A DNA stretch of 64,000 nucleotides, taken from sequence record MW598459, one strand, 5' to 3'. A program made the position numbers and the translations under genes. Shown here in pieces: positions 19,378 to 29,959 of the stretch. Source of the DNA: Escherichia phage vB_EcoM_RZ. Below the pieces are notes generated by a model. That model made no database searches and was not told where the DNA came from. It saw nothing but the letters and a program-made list of their open reading frames with translations. The first letter of the stretch is position 1, and each line of letters opens with the position of its first letter.

Positions 19378-20543
19378 CAGTTAAATCTATGCAGCGCGAA
19401 GGCTTTCCTAATATCAGCATCCGCCTTTACGAAGATTATGATGCATGGCTTGAGCACCGTTTTGTGGAACTAGCTGCTACCTTTACAACGTTAACCATGC
19501 GCGATTCCCTTTACGGAAGAAATGAAGGTCTCTTGCAATTCTATGATACGAAAAACCTACATACAAAAATGAATGGTGAACAGGTTATTCAGATTTCCGT
19601 TAAGAATGCCAACTCTGACCGAACCCAATCTAGAATATATGGAAGTAAACACTTTGCCGTTTCCGTGGATTCAAAGGGTGATAACATAATTACAATTCAG
19701 TTGGCTCCTATTCACGAAATTGAAGACTTGAAATTTAGTCGTATGTTTTACCCGAGCGTACAGGAAACATTAGTCGAAATGGCCGGGGTAATTTATCAAG
19801 ATAGACCATTACTTTCCCCACCAATAAACGGCATAAACGTTTATGCTCCTAACGTTCCATGGTGTGATTCGATGCACCAATATATGGAATTCATAAGGGA
19901 AGTTGGCCTGTCGGTAGAAACTGATAAATTTGTTTTTGTATGGGAAGATATTGATGGGATAAGTATCCAGGATTATGAATGGTTAACATCACAAGAGCCA
20001 ATTAATTTTGTGGTGGGGGAACCTCGATTGGTTGGGCAATTTGTACAAAACCTGACTACTCCTTTAGCCTTCGATTTTGAATGGTTAACAAAGGCAAACC
20101 AACACACAAGAAAACCATACGAAAACGCAACTGTGTATGCGCATTCATTCCTTGATAAGAACGCAACCAGAATAACTTTTGGGGAAGGACAAAACAGTAT
20201 TCTGGTATCTCGTTCCGGTGGCTATGCAGATTACACATACCGAAATGGTTTCGAGGAAGCACAACGATTGATAACTATGTCACAATACGACGGTTACGCG
20301 CATTGCAAAACATACGGGAACTTTGAACTGACCCCGGGTGATAAGATAAATTTCTTTGACCCTAAGAACCAATTCAAATATGATTTTTACGTAGACGAAG
20401 TTATTCATGAAGTGAGTAACAATACATCAATTACAAACCTCTATATGTTTACCAATGGTAAGCCTATCGAAGTTGAAGAACCACCGAAGGTTAAAAATGA
20501 ACTTAAAACTGATTCTGCCGACGAAGAAAATACAGCTGGGTGA
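19374..20543 (+). CDS. 27: Baseplate hub protein gp27
   Basis: 389 aa (T4 gp27 is 391 aa); ATGA overlap with gene 51. Confidence 0.88.
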   Translation: MTVKSMQREGFPNISIRLYEDYDAWLEHRFVELAATFTTLTMRDSLYGRNEGLLQFYDTKNLHTKMNGEQVIQISVKNANSDRTQSRIYGSKHFAVSVDSKGDNIITIQLAPIHEIEDLKFSRMFYPSVQETLVEMAGVIYQDRPLLSPPINGINVYAPNVPWCDSMHQYMEFIREVGLSVETDKFVFVWEDIDGISIQDYEWLTSQEPINFVVGEPRLVGQFVQNLTTPLAFDFEWLTKANQHTRKPYENATVYAHSFLDKNATRITFGEGQNSILVSRSGGYADYTYRNGFEEAQRLITMSQYDGYAHCKTYGNFELTPGDKINFFDPKNQFKYDFYVDEVIHEVSNNTSITNLYMFTNGKPIEVEEPPKVKNELKTDSADEENTAG

Positions 20544-21015
20544 TAAAGAGATTCATGTTCCTAAGCTTGGTCTCAAGCATCACAATCTGATTAAAAACGA
20601 ACCTAACCCATACGCTGCATTAAGAAAGATTATGCAATCGATATTCCCTAATCTTACAGCAGCCGAATCCGACTTTGTATCTTTACATCTCCTGGAATTC
20701 AATGGTAAGCTAAAAGACAAACGCGAGATTAATGGATTTACATATAAGCTGGATGATGTTTATATCTGTCAGCGCCTTGAATTTTCTTATCAAGGGAAGA
20801 CATTTAAATTCCGCTCCAATAAACCGTATGAAGAATTCGGACCAGTTGACAATCTCCTGGAGACCCTTTATCTCGGGGAAGATGTTCCAGACTTTCTGGA
20901 TATGCCTGCTTTTGTTGCTAAGTGGGCAGACGATATCACAAGCACATTAGCAATCCCGGGCCCGAATGGTCCTGTTAAGGGGTTACTGAAAATAATGGAA
21001 CTCCTAAATGAATAA
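20497..21015 (+). CDS. 28: Baseplate hub distal subunit gp28
   Basis: Start taken at the ATG at 20497 (GAAGG ribosome-binding site), giving 172 aa (T4 gp28 is 177 aa); the upstream in-frame ATG at 20455 is an alternative start. Confidence 0.75.
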   Translation: MNLKLILPTKKIQLGDKEIHVPKLGLKHHNLIKNEPNPYAALRKIMQSIFPNLTAAESDFVSLHLLEFNGKLKDKREINGFTYKLDDVYICQRLEFSYQGKTFKFRSNKPYEEFGPVDNLLETLYLGEDVPDFLDMPAFVAKWADDITSTLAIPGPNGPVKGLLKIMELLNE

Positions 21016-22753
21016 GAACTCCGAACAAACGAGCTTCAGACGCGGTGGACCGAATAAAAAGCTTATTGAAGAATTAGCACCACAAAGGAGGGCGGAAGCC
21101 CTCTCTGCCGAACAGAATGACGAACTATCGAATCTGAATACAACTCTTACAAATACTCAGGCCGCAACCGAACTTGTGTCGGAAGCTATTGAGGATAAGG
21201 GTAATCAGATTATCGAGAATATCCAAACCAATAATGGAGTCCTCCAGGATATCAGTGCTGGGGTCGAACTGACGGCCGAAGCCACCGAGAAGACTCAACA
21301 AGGGATTAAAAACCTCACGGATATTCTCTCGGATAAACTCGACAAACTCAGTGCAATGATAAGCGGTAAACTAGGCGTCACGTCTCCTGTGGCTGGTTCT
21401 GAAAGCCTTAAACCTGTGGAGGATGCATTACCAGAGCCTGAAGAGAATAAGCCCACGGCGAGCGTTCCAGAGCTCATACCGCCAGAAGAACAAAAGCCAG
21501 ACGCAGACTTCATTCCAGAACCAGAACAGCCAAAAACCGATGCAGAAGGTAAAGAGACTAATACCTGGTCACTTGGTGATAAGCTTGATACCCTTTCGAA
21601 GATAACCGAAAAAGGATTTAAGGCATCGGTTTCTGTTGCTGACCGAATCTCCGGGATGCTGTTCAAATATACAATTACGGCAGCAGCCGAAGCAGCCAAG
21701 CTTATTGGTGGATTATTGTTGTTGGTATTCGGTATCGATGCGATACGAGTTTACTTCCAATATTTCATGAAGCAATTCGAAAAAGGATGGGCCGAATTTA
21801 ATGACAAGTTCAAAGAATGGGGACCGTTACTCGAAGGACTAATGACTTGGGCTAAGAATGCTGAAGCGATGTTTAGTGAAAGGAACTGGTTGGGATTAGC
21901 TGAAGCTATTATCCGTGGGATGGTTAACTTAACGAAGAACATGGCTCAACTTCTTATGCTTGGGATTTCGAAACTGATTTCAGCTATCTTAAACAAAATC
22001 CCTGGGATGGGTGATTTAGCAGATAATGTGGAAGCCTCGGCTTTGATGTCTTATCAGCAAAATACAGGGGCAACTCTGGATGATGAAGACCAAACCAAGA
22101 TAGCAAAATATCATGACAAACGTTCGGCCGAAGCAATGGAAGCTGCAGAGAAGATGAATAAGAAGTATAAGGATAAACCTGAACTAATTAATCAAGCCGA
22201 AAAATATGGTAACCTTACCAAGGAACAAGCTGACCAGCTTCGCGCGGGTGGTATTGACACAAGCTTCAGAGACCTTCCAGAAGAAGAACGTCTGGACTAT
22301 TTCAAGAAGCGTGACAAAGCGCAGGCTGATATTATTCGTTTGACCCAAACTGCTGACAACCTAATGAAGCCAGATGCGACCGATAAAAAGAATGCGCTGG
22401 AAATGAGAGCTAACATTGAAAAACAATTAGCTGACCCTGCTATGGCAAAAGGTGGAGCTCCGAAAGACTTGAATATACGTGCTCTCCTGGAAAAACTTGA
22501 TAAGTCTCTTGAGAAGTTCAAAGATGAACCGAAGGTTAAACCGCCAGACATTAAGACTTCTCCGGATGCGCAACAAGCCGCGAAGGTTGATGAAGGCATG
22601 AAGGCCAAAGAAAATAAATACAAGGATGCACCGGCCCAGGCCCAAATTAACACAGTCAATAATATTCAGAAGACTTCCAGGACGCAATACAATATGCCTC
22701 CCCAAAGTTCAACCCCTGCCCCTGGCATGAGACAGGCTACGAGAATTAACTAA
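21008..22753 (+). CDS. 29: Baseplate hub and tail length determinator gp29
   Basis: 581 aa (T4 gp29 is 590 aa); position between 28 and 48. Confidence 0.85.
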   Translation: MNKNSEQTSFRRGGPNKKLIEELAPQRRAEALSAEQNDELSNLNTTLTNTQAATELVSEAIEDKGNQIIENIQTNNGVLQDISAGVELTAEATEKTQQGIKNLTDILSDKLDKLSAMISGKLGVTSPVAGSESLKPVEDALPEPEENKPTASVPELIPPEEQKPDADFIPEPEQPKTDAEGKETNTWSLGDKLDTLSKITEKGFKASVSVADRISGMLFKYTITAAAEAAKLIGGLLLLVFGIDAIRVYFQYFMKQFEKGWAEFNDKFKEWGPLLEGLMTWAKNAEAMFSERNWLGLAEAIIRGMVNLTKNMAQLLMLGISKLISAILNKIPGMGDLADNVEASALMSYQQNTGATLDDEDQTKIAKYHDKRSAEAMEAAEKMNKKYKDKPELINQAEKYGNLTKEQADQLRAGGIDTSFRDLPEEERLDYFKKRDKAQADIIRLTQTADNLMKPDATDKKNALEMRANIEKQLADPAMAKGGAPKDLNIRALLEKLDKSLEKFKDEPKVKPPDIKTSPDAQQAAKVDEGMKAKENKYKDAPAQAQINTVNNIQKTSRTQYNMPPQSSTPAPGMRQATRIN

Positions 22754-22761
22754 GGAATAAC

Positions 22762-23856
22762 ATGAAAGTAAAAGAACTCGATATTGATATTGCGGGTTTG
22801 TTTAACGGAGGTTCTAAGACCTCTGCGGGGCAGTCAAAAGCTGCCCCGACTCAAGCTACTATTGTGGCGCAATATCCAGCAGAACGAGCTTCCGGTAATG
22901 ATTCTTCAGATGATATGCGAGTTAATGACCTTTATAAAAATGGTCTGTTATTCACGGCATACAATTTCAGTTCAAGAACATCTCCGGAATTACGCTCAGA
23001 TAGGTCAAGCCAATTGACTTCATTAAAGAACGTTTCAAATGGTGCTTCATTTAACCCGGTTAAAAGTTTAACATCTTTTGCTAAATCGAAATTAACCGGC
23101 GCAGGCTCAACGGGTAAAAGTTTTGATTCAAACGCTGTTGCAAATATCCTATTGCCTCGTTCGAAGTCTGATGTAGAATCCGTGTCGCATCGATTCAATG
23201 ATGTTGGTGAATCTCTTATTACGAAAGGGGGCGGCTCAGCCACCGGTATTCTTAGTAACATCGCATCGACTGCAGTTTTTGGCGCACTCGAATCAGTTAC
23301 AAACGGTGTAATGGCCGACCACGGTGAACAGATTTATACAACCGCACGAAGCATGTATGCTGGCCCGGATAACAGGACAAAAGTTTATACCTGGGAAATG
23401 ACTCCACGTTCGGCCCAGGACTTAATCCAGATAGTGAAGATATACGAGATTTTTAACTATTACTCCTATGGGGAAACAGGTAAAAGTTCGTTTGCTTCCG
23501 AGTTGAAAGATAAAATCGACACATGGTATAAATCTACCTTCAAAAAAGAAGCAATTGATAACTTTGATGGTAAGTTACTCGGTGAAGAGATAACAAGCTT
23601 CCTAACGAACGTTCTGGTGGTCTCTAACCCTACTATCTGGTATATCCGCAACTTCGGTGATACAAGCTCGTACGATGGTCGTGGGGAGCTATTTGGGCCA
23701 TGTCAGATTCAGAGCATAAGATTTGATAAATCTCCGGATGGTCATTTCGGCGGATTAGCTATTGCTCCTAACCTGCCATCGACTTTTGTACTTGAAATCA
23801 CTTTCCGTGAAATCATTACGCTTAACCGTGGCTCGTTATATGCGGAGGGTTTCTAA
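22762..23856 (+). CDS. 48: Baseplate tail tube cap gp48
   Basis: 364 aa, same length as T4 gp48; synteny. Confidence 0.85.
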   Translation: MKVKELDIDIAGLFNGGSKTSAGQSKAAPTQATIVAQYPAERASGNDSSDDMRVNDLYKNGLLFTAYNFSSRTSPELRSDRSSQLTSLKNVSNGASFNPVKSLTSFAKSKLTGAGSTGKSFDSNAVANILLPRSKSDVESVSHRFNDVGESLITKGGGSATGILSNIASTAVFGALESVTNGVMADHGEQIYTTARSMYAGPDNRTKVYTWEMTPRSAQDLIQIVKIYEIFNYYSYGETGKSSFASELKDKIDTWYKSTFKKEAIDNFDGKLLGEEITSFLTNVLVVSNPTIWYIRNFGDTSSYDGRGELFGPCQIQSIRFDKSPDGHFGGLAIAPNLPSTFVLEITFREIITLNRGSLYAEGF

Positions 23857-24815
23857 TGTTTACTTTACAAGAATTCCAAACGCAGGCGATTAATATCGAC
23901 TTACAAAGGAATAACCTTTTTAGTGTGGTCTTCGCGACCACACCTTCCTCCAAATCTCAGAATCTTCTGGACCAGTTTGGTGGCGCATTATTCAGCAACC
24001 TTCCTGTTAACTCAGATTGGTTTGGTTTAACGCAAGGCGACTTAACTCAAGGGATAACAACTCTTGTTACTGCTGGGACACAAAAGCTTATTCGCAAATC
24101 AGGGATAAGCAAATATCTTATCGGGGCAATGAGTAACCGTGTTGTGCAATCATTATTGGGGGAATTCGAGGTTGGTACTTACCTGCTTGATTTCTTTAAT
24201 ATGGCCTATCCAACGGCTGGTCTATTGGTCCACTCTGTTAAGCTTCCGGATAACACGTTGAACTACGAAATGGACCTCAACCATAACGCACCAAATATCA
24301 AGATAACAGGAAGAGAATATTCTCCATTGGTATTGAGCTTTAGAATGGATTCAGAGGCAGGGAACTACAGAGCATTTAACGATTGGGTCAACTCTGTACA
24401 GGACCCAGTTACCCAGCTAAGGGCTTTGCCTGAAGACGTTGAAGCTGATATTCAGGTTAACCTTCACTCACGAAATGGTTTGCCCCATACGGTTGTTATG
24501 TTAACTGGTTGTGTTCCTGTAAGTGTATCAGCGCCTGAATTGAGTTATGAAGGGGATAATCAGATAGCTACATTTGATGTGACTTTTGCTTATCGCGTTA
24601 TGTCAACTGGTGCGGTGGGAAGAGCTGCTGCATTGGAATGGTTAGAAGATAAGGTTATTAAGGGTGTATCCGGTATTAGTTCAGATAACAACTTGAACGC
24701 AGAAGTTGCCAAATTGAGCCGCTTGTCTGGTGCCCAATCTGGATTAACAAGTCTGTACAATACGTTCACTGGTTCTGGGAGAACAGTCTCTGGTGGAAGT
24801 CAACGTATATTATAA
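23856..24815 (+). CDS. 54: Baseplate tail tube initiator gp54
   Basis: 319 aa (T4 gp54 is 320 aa); gp19-like tube-fold protein; synteny. Confidence 0.85.
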   Translation: MFTLQEFQTQAINIDLQRNNLFSVVFATTPSSKSQNLLDQFGGALFSNLPVNSDWFGLTQGDLTQGITTLVTAGTQKLIRKSGISKYLIGAMSNRVVQSLLGEFEVGTYLLDFFNMAYPTAGLLVHSVKLPDNTLNYEMDLNHNAPNIKITGREYSPLVLSFRMDSEAGNYRAFNDWVNSVQDPVTQLRALPEDVEADIQVNLHSRNGLPHTVVMLTGCVPVSVSAPELSYEGDNQIATFDVTFAYRVMSTGAVGRAAALEWLEDKVIKGVSGISSDNNLNAEVAKLSRLSGAQSGLTSLYNTFTGSGRTVSGGSQRIL

Positions 24816-24848
24816 AAAGAAAGGGACCCGAAGGTCCCTTTTTATTTG
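24816..24848. terminator. Bidirectional intrinsic terminator (GGGACC-CGAA-GGTCCC)
   Basis: GC stem with tetraloop flanked by A- and T-runs between convergent gene 54 and the alt.-1-like gene. Confidence 0.75.
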
Positions 24849-25132
24849 CGGAATGAAATGAAACCTGCTGCAGTCATTACAGCTTCTTTCTTAGCAAAGA
24901 CTGTAATTGCAATTGGTGCTTCAGATTCAAGTTGTCCAGTTACTACACCATTAAAAATATTTTCTGTTTGTTCAGAATTTACAAAGTTTTCAACAGGGCG
25001 AAGGTCAAACTTCTTATCTTCACCAAATACACGGCGCAATTCATTACCCACCGCGCTGTCAAACTCTTCTGAAGCCGGGATAACATTCTCAACTACCAGT
25101 TCCTGACCATTAAAGCGAAAAGATGATTTCAT
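24842..25132 (-). CDS. Hypothetical protein (96 aa), alt.-1 position
   Basis: Start taken at the ATG at 25132 preceded by GAGGAAAACAAA; the longer ORF-track start at 25165 falls inside the promoter -10. Confidence 0.5.
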   Translation of the reverse strand: MKSSFRFNGQELVVENVIPASEEFDSAVGNELRRVFGEDKKFDLRPVENFVNSEQTENIFNGVVTGQLESEAPIAITVFAKKEAVMTAAGFISFRK

Positions 25133-25163
25133 TTTGTTTTCCTCATGTGCAATTGATATGAAC

Positions 25164-25193
25164 ATTGTATCGCACTTCCTTGTGCTTGTAAAC
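25164..25193 (-). promoter_or_regulatory. Early-type promoter (GTTTACA, 17 nt spacer, TACAAT) with conserved CATGAGGAAAACAAA-ATG leader
   Basis: Minus strand reads GTTTACAagcacaaggaagtgcgaTACAAT; the same leader precedes the gene at 35663. Confidence 0.55.
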
Positions 25194-25195
25194 CC

Positions 25196-27256
25196 CTACG
25201 AAAGGAATTTAGGAGGAATAGCTTCCAAATTAATACAACTAGCAAGAATACCAAGACCTTGATTGACTTTCTTCGTTACCCCAGAGGATGCAAACGATGC
25301 AAAGTCAACAGATTCTACTGGCTCTTCTGTTTCCTCGCCCTGATAAACGACAAGCTCACCAGTTTCCATCAACACATCACCATCATAGATAACTGCATTT
25401 TCATCCAGTTGGTCCGTAGTCTGGATATCAGCTTCCAGCATTTTGACGTTCGCGTTTCCTTGATACGAAGCATCAGTAATTTTGGTAATCTTAACTACAG
25501 TCCCACGAGGAAGAATAACTTCCTGCTCGGACGGGTTGCTTGACAATTCCCCAGGAACAATTACGTTAATTAAGTCCGCCCCAGAAATTTTCCAACCAAC
25601 ATGCATCATTACGTGGTCGCGGCGTGCATCCGGCATATCTGGTAAAACAATTTCGTCATCAGCCTGGAAAGATGTCCCATCACGATAGTCCTGATGAACT
25701 GCAGCCATAGCAACGTTCGCCACCCAGCCACCAAAGATAATCGGTTTAAACGACGTTGATACATAGTTCCTGAAATAAAATAATTTAGATTTCTTAATTT
25801 TATCAAATGTAGGAACGTTTAAATATTGACCACGCCAAAGAGTTGTATTAGGCGGCAACTTATGTCCAATTTCAAAGGCCGAATCCAATTCCTTAATTGT
25901 TTCGACAACTCTGTCTAGATTTAGGAATTCAGCTTCTTCTTCATAATATTTGCCCATCAAATAATTATTAATATCGACATAGTTTGCTCCACAATAATCT
26001 GCAATTGCTTCTCGCTGACCATAATGGAAACGGTTGTCAGTATACCCTGCTGTGAAATTAAGAGTATTTTCTGATGCTTCTTCGGCAAAGTCTTTAACTG
26101 CAACACGAATGGCGCTTGTGTATTCTTTTTCCCAGAGCGAGGCTGCATAAGTGGCTGCATCCAGGTTAGGAGGAGCATCATTCATTTTTCTTTCGATAAA
26201 TGCGGCTTTGCGAAGGTTAAGAATCTCTGCACATGATTCGGCAAAAATCTGCATCTGCTTCATACTGCCAACAGGAGCACGTTTAAGTTCACGATGCATA
26301 CGGTTAAAAATTGGGTCAGAGTCTTCAACACGAATTTCTTCTTTCCAAACACCATTTGCTCGCATAGCCTCATCTGCTGCGCGCATACGAGCCATAGTAT
26401 TCGTTTCGGAAGGTCGAACAAAAATTTCCAGTTCTTCATAATCATCGATAAGTTCTGCCGTAGCCGGTCGACTAAACTTAGCAGCTTCTGCATCAATTTC
26501 GTCCCAACCGTCTGGTACGGAATCACTTGGAGCGTACTGGGCTTGCGCAATAGCTCGGCGACTGATTTTAGTTTTCTGGGCAACAGCAGCATCGGTCTTT
26601 TTGTTTGCTGCGTCAATCAGAACTTCGGCTGCGATTTCTTGTTTGGAGACTTGTGCGCCTGTATCTTTATTAGTGAATACATCGCCGACTTTAGTTTCAA
26701 CTTTTTGATATTTCTCAGGGACCGGTGGCATACCATCAACCGAAAGCAGGTCAACACCCTTTTTGTACATAATTACATAAGCGTTCTTTTTACCGAGGCC
26801 AGAAGCATTCGGAAGAACATGATAACGCCCGCTGGTTTTCATTTGAATCAGTCGATTCATAATACGAATAACAGCTTGGTCTTGTCCTTTCATCTTTTTG
26901 GATGGGAAACGGAACAAGACTACATCAGGTTTGCCTAGTTTAATGCTTTCCCAGACTGTAACAAAAATCAGGTTAATTGCATCAAGAGGTTTTTCACCTA
27001 GACCACCCTTCAGAGGAACAGCATGGCCATGTGAAGTCCCGGAGAGCAGGAATACCTCGGCAATTGCATCACCGCGTTTATACTGTTTAACTGTTTCTTT
27101 GCCCGTGAATTGCATCAAACGTGCCATAAGAGAATTGGTCCCAGGAACACCGAATTGCCAAACCTGTGGGACCTTGTATTTTGGATTCATATTAATGACA
27201 GGATAACCGAAGGCTTCGATATATTTGTCAAAGAGTTCATTTAATTGTTCAGACAT
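25196..27256 (-). CDS. alt: Alt ADP-ribosyltransferase
   Basis: 686 aa (T4 Alt is 682 aa); C-terminal ADP-ribosyltransferase signature (YVSTSF... SEQEVILPRG, i.e. STS and ExE motifs); position matches T4. Confidence 0.85.
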   Translation of the reverse strand: MSEQLNELFDKYIEAFGYPVINMNPKYKVPQVWQFGVPGTNSLMARLMQFTGKETVKQYKRGDAIAEVFLLSGTSHGHAVPLKGGLGEKPLDAINLIFVTVWESIKLGKPDVVLFRFPSKKMKGQDQAVIRIMNRLIQMKTSGRYHVLPNASGLGKKNAYVIMYKKGVDLLSVDGMPPVPEKYQKVETKVGDVFTNKDTGAQVSKQEIAAEVLIDAANKKTDAAVAQKTKISRRAIAQAQYAPSDSVPDGWDEIDAEAAKFSRPATAELIDDYEELEIFVRPSETNTMARMRAADEAMRANGVWKEEIRVEDSDPIFNRMHRELKRAPVGSMKQMQIFAESCAEILNLRKAAFIERKMNDAPPNLDAATYAASLWEKEYTSAIRVAVKDFAEEASENTLNFTAGYTDNRFHYGQREAIADYCGANYVDINNYLMGKYYEEEAEFLNLDRVVETIKELDSAFEIGHKLPPNTTLWRGQYLNVPTFDKIKKSKLFYFRNYVSTSFKPIIFGGWVANVAMAAVHQDYRDGTSFQADDEIVLPDMPDARRDHVMMHVGWKISGADLINVIVPGELSSNPSEQEVILPRGTVVKITKITDASYQGNANVKMLEADIQTTDQLDENAVIYDGDVLMETGELVVYQGEETEEPVESVDFASFASSGVTKKVNQGLGILASCINLEAIPPKFLS

Positions 27257-27282
27257 AATAGGTTCCTTATAAAATATGATGT

Positions 27283-27290
27283 ATTTATAC
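27283..27290 (-). promoter_or_regulatory. T4-type late promoter TATAAATA upstream of alt
   Basis: Exact TATAAATA on the minus strand about 25 nt upstream of the alt ATG; Alt is a packaged late protein in T4. Confidence 0.5.
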
Positions 27291-27291
27291 T

Positions 27292-27320
27292 AAAAAAGGG
27301 CCGAAGCCCTTTTGTTATTT
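27292..27320 (-). terminator. Intrinsic terminator (GGGC-CGAA-GCCC plus T-run) after DNA ligase
   Basis: GC stem with tetraloop followed on the minus strand by TTTTTTAG. Confidence 0.65.
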
Positions 27321-28853
27321 TAACCCGGTCTTTGACCAGTCGCCAAATACATCTTCGAATGTGTCTGCATGGTCTTTATCGAAACGGAACCCTTTGATAA
27401 TCGGCAGGAACAATGCAACCGTATTATCTTTACGAGTTTCGGAAGTCAACCAACCATTACATTCACAGTCAGCAATCATTCCAACCAATTCACCTTTACG
27501 AGCTTTAACCATTAAGGCTTCACGGTCCATTTCATGACGCTCATCAATCGGAATAGAAACCCATTTTTTGGTTTTCTTATCTTTAACTTGAGTTGTGTCT
27601 TTAAAACCAGAACCACAGTTATTTCTAATCTTACCACAAGAAGAACGAAGCACAACACCGCCAATCTTATTCGGGTCTTTATCGTGCTCGTAATATTCAA
27701 TGATTTCCATTGCAATGTCAATTACTTCTTTGAACTTATACAGGTTCTTTGAGCGCTTGTTTTCCCAAATCGATGCCATGTTCTTAAGGATAATACCTTC
27801 AAGACCTTCATCCACATATTTCTTATAGATAACCTTCGCTTCATCGAGATTGTTAACAACATGGTTTTCAATCAGAATCATGCGGTCGAAACCATGTAGC
27901 ACCACGTTATCTGCAATCATCTTTTCCAGAACAGCAAAACGCACATCATATTTCAACGGATTGAGAATCTTAACATCAGAATAGACTTCAATCAGTGGAA
28001 CATAATCCCAAACCTGGAATTTCATGCAAGAAGCTTCTGTTGCAGAAATAGTTCCTTTCAATGATTTGTTTGCCAGACCATTTGAAAAGGTTCTTGATTC
28101 CGCAGTTTCTTGTACAGGGGCAATCTCATCTGAATCGTCAAAAAGGAAGCCCAAACCGTCATTCTGGGGAGCTATTTTCTGTTCATGATATACTAACTCA
28201 CCGTCAATCAAAACGCCCTCAGGATGTCTCTCACGCGCTTCACGGGTAGCTTCAATCAATTCCTTTTTAAGGAGGTCAAGCTTGAGGTATTCGTTGCCAG
28301 CTCGGGATAACAATCGAACATCATCCAACTCATCGCCACGAACTTCTGCAAAACACCGAGCGCCGTCGGCTTTCAATTGCGCAAAGGCCGGGAACTTAAT
28401 GTTCTTGGCAATACCAGCTTCATCATAGGAAGAAGCGAGCATCTGCGGTTGTTCAGGAATTAAACCTTTCCAAACCTTATTTGCAATTGATACGGATGCC
28501 CCGCATTCCAGGTCACGCATCATCACACGGCGAAGAACTTCAACATCTGCTTTTTTACCATCAGCAATATAGCCAGATAATTCCTCGATTGCAGCATTAC
28601 CTGTTAATTTACGAGAGGCTAATGTAAATTCGATAAAGTCAAGCATATCATCAATATTCAACATGCCAAAGCTTTGAGACGTTGTACCAGGTTTAGGCCA
28701 TTTCTTAATATAGAACTGGATGCCTTTGGAATATGTCAAACGATACACACGTTTGAGGGTTTCATTGTCAGAATACGATTCCAGAATAGCTTGTTTCTCT
28801 TTAGTGGAATCGGTTGCAGCAATTTCATTTAAAATATCTAAAATCATAATCAC
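27315..28853 (-). CDS. 30: ATP-dependent DNA ligase gp30
   Basis: 512 aa; extensive identity to remembered T4 DNA ligase including the adenylation motif KADGAR. Confidence 0.95.
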   Translation of the reverse strand: MIMILDILNEIAATDSTKEKQAILESYSDNETLKRVYRLTYSKGIQFYIKKWPKPGTTSQSFGMLNIDDMLDFIEFTLASRKLTGNAAIEELSGYIADGKKADVEVLRRVMMRDLECGASVSIANKVWKGLIPEQPQMLASSYDEAGIAKNIKFPAFAQLKADGARCFAEVRGDELDDVRLLSRAGNEYLKLDLLKKELIEATREARERHPEGVLIDGELVYHEQKIAPQNDGLGFLFDDSDEIAPVQETAESRTFSNGLANKSLKGTISATEASCMKFQVWDYVPLIEVYSDVKILNPLKYDVRFAVLEKMIADNVVLHGFDRMILIENHVVNNLDEAKVIYKKYVDEGLEGIILKNMASIWENKRSKNLYKFKEVIDIAMEIIEYYEHDKDPNKIGGVVLRSSCGKIRNNCGSGFKDTTQVKDKKTKKWVSIPIDERHEMDREALMVKARKGELVGMIADCECNGWLTSETRKDNTVALFLPIIKGFRFDKDHADTFEDVFGDWSKTGLK

Positions 28854-28856
28854 CTC

Positions 28857-29138
28857 TTAGTCGTTGGCTCTATTATATGCCACATCTTCCAAAAGCAAAT
28901 CCAGGCGTTTGTGATAAGTGAACACAAATTTAGTCGACCCATCCGGTTTCATTTTAGTCATGAAGTGAACATAGATAAATCCTTGCTCAACGCATTCACG
29001 CCAAACGGGGTTATCTTTAGCCGGATTAATATCAAACGAGTAATTATGATTCACATGACGAATAAACTGGTTAACATGACCGTAATCCATCGTGGTAGTT
29101 GGACCACGGTCAGAAATAGTATGAACGACAAACATCAA
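28857..29138 (-). CDS. Hypothetical protein (93 aa), 30.1 position
   Basis: ORF with ATGA overlap to the upstream gene. Confidence 0.5.
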   Translation of the reverse strand: MMFVVHTISDRGPTTTMDYGHVNQFIRHVNHNYSFDINPAKDNPVWRECVEQGFIYVHFMTKMKPDGSTKFVFTYHKRLDLLLEDVAYNRAND

Positions 29139-29959
29139 TTACCCCCTTGGCCACCGGTCGGTTGATTGTACCAGTATTCAATACCAGTACCTACACGCTG
29201 GCCATATTGATATGGATATGCTGGATTATATCCAGGAGTCCACGGTTGACCAGGCTGCCAGCCTTGCTGCATTTGTTGTTGAAGGCGTCGAGTTTCACGA
29301 AACAGCTCTTCCAGTTTACGGAGTTCATCTGGAGTGAATTCTGGTTTGACCGGTTCATCTTTGTGTTTCAGTTTAAGCTGTCCAGCAACATCGTCCCAAT
29401 TAAAAACTTTGGAAGCTGTTTTAGGAATAGCATCACGTTCGCCGCGGGCCATCCAATAAACCGGAACCTCAAGAATTTCACTCGCATGGTCGCAATGGTG
29501 TGCAAGGTCATCAATATAACAAATGACATTATATTTGTTTTTTGCCTTCTGAAACAAATCCTCTTTAGAGGCTGTATGACCACACATCATCACTTCTTTA
29601 AACGCTCCAGGGAACAAAGCATTCAGGTTAAATTGACGATTCAAGCGTGCGTCAATGGAATCACCCAGGGCTGTAACAGCCACAAAATCATATTGCTCTT
29701 TGAGGTTATTAATAACCCTTAATGCATCCGCATAAGGAGACAAATAGCGAATAAAGTCTGAACAGTTATATTTTTCAATTAACTGCGCGCCTAACTCTTC
29801 ATCACAATTGAAAAGTTTACCAGGGGTCACAAATTTTTCATCCTGAATCATCTTAAGGATATGTTCCAGGGGTAAATTATATTTTTGGGCGAAATAAGGT
29901 AAGCCAGACTGCCATGACAAACATACGCCATCAATATCTGTTAAAATAACGGGTTTCAT
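29135..29959 (-). CDS. HAD-like hydrolase-fold protein with Q/P/Y/G-rich C-terminal tail
   Basis: 274 aa; N-terminal LTDIDGV (HAD motif I, DxDG), later VTALG and YIDDL motifs; last ~50 residues are low complexity (QQQMQQGWQPGQPWTPGYNPAYPYQYGQ...GGQGGN). Confidence 0.5.
   Translation of the reverse strand: MKPVILTDIDGVCLSWQSGLPYFAQKYNLPLEHILKMIQDEKFVTPGKLFNCDEELGAQLIEKYNCSDFIRYLSPYADALRVINNLKEQYDFVAVTALGDSIDARLNRQFNLNALFPGAFKEVMMCGHTASKEDLFQKAKNKYNVICYIDDLAHHCDHASEILEVPVYWMARGERDAIPKTASKVFNWDDVAGQLKLKHKDEPVKPEFTPDELRKLEELFRETRRLQQQMQQGWQPGQPWTPGYNPAYPYQYGQRVGTGIEYWYNQPTGGQGGN

Noticed and set aside
26294-26938. 214 aa plus-strand ORF antisense to alt
   Set aside because: Lies wholly within the Alt coding region on the opposite strand; Alt has clear ADP-ribosyltransferase motifs.
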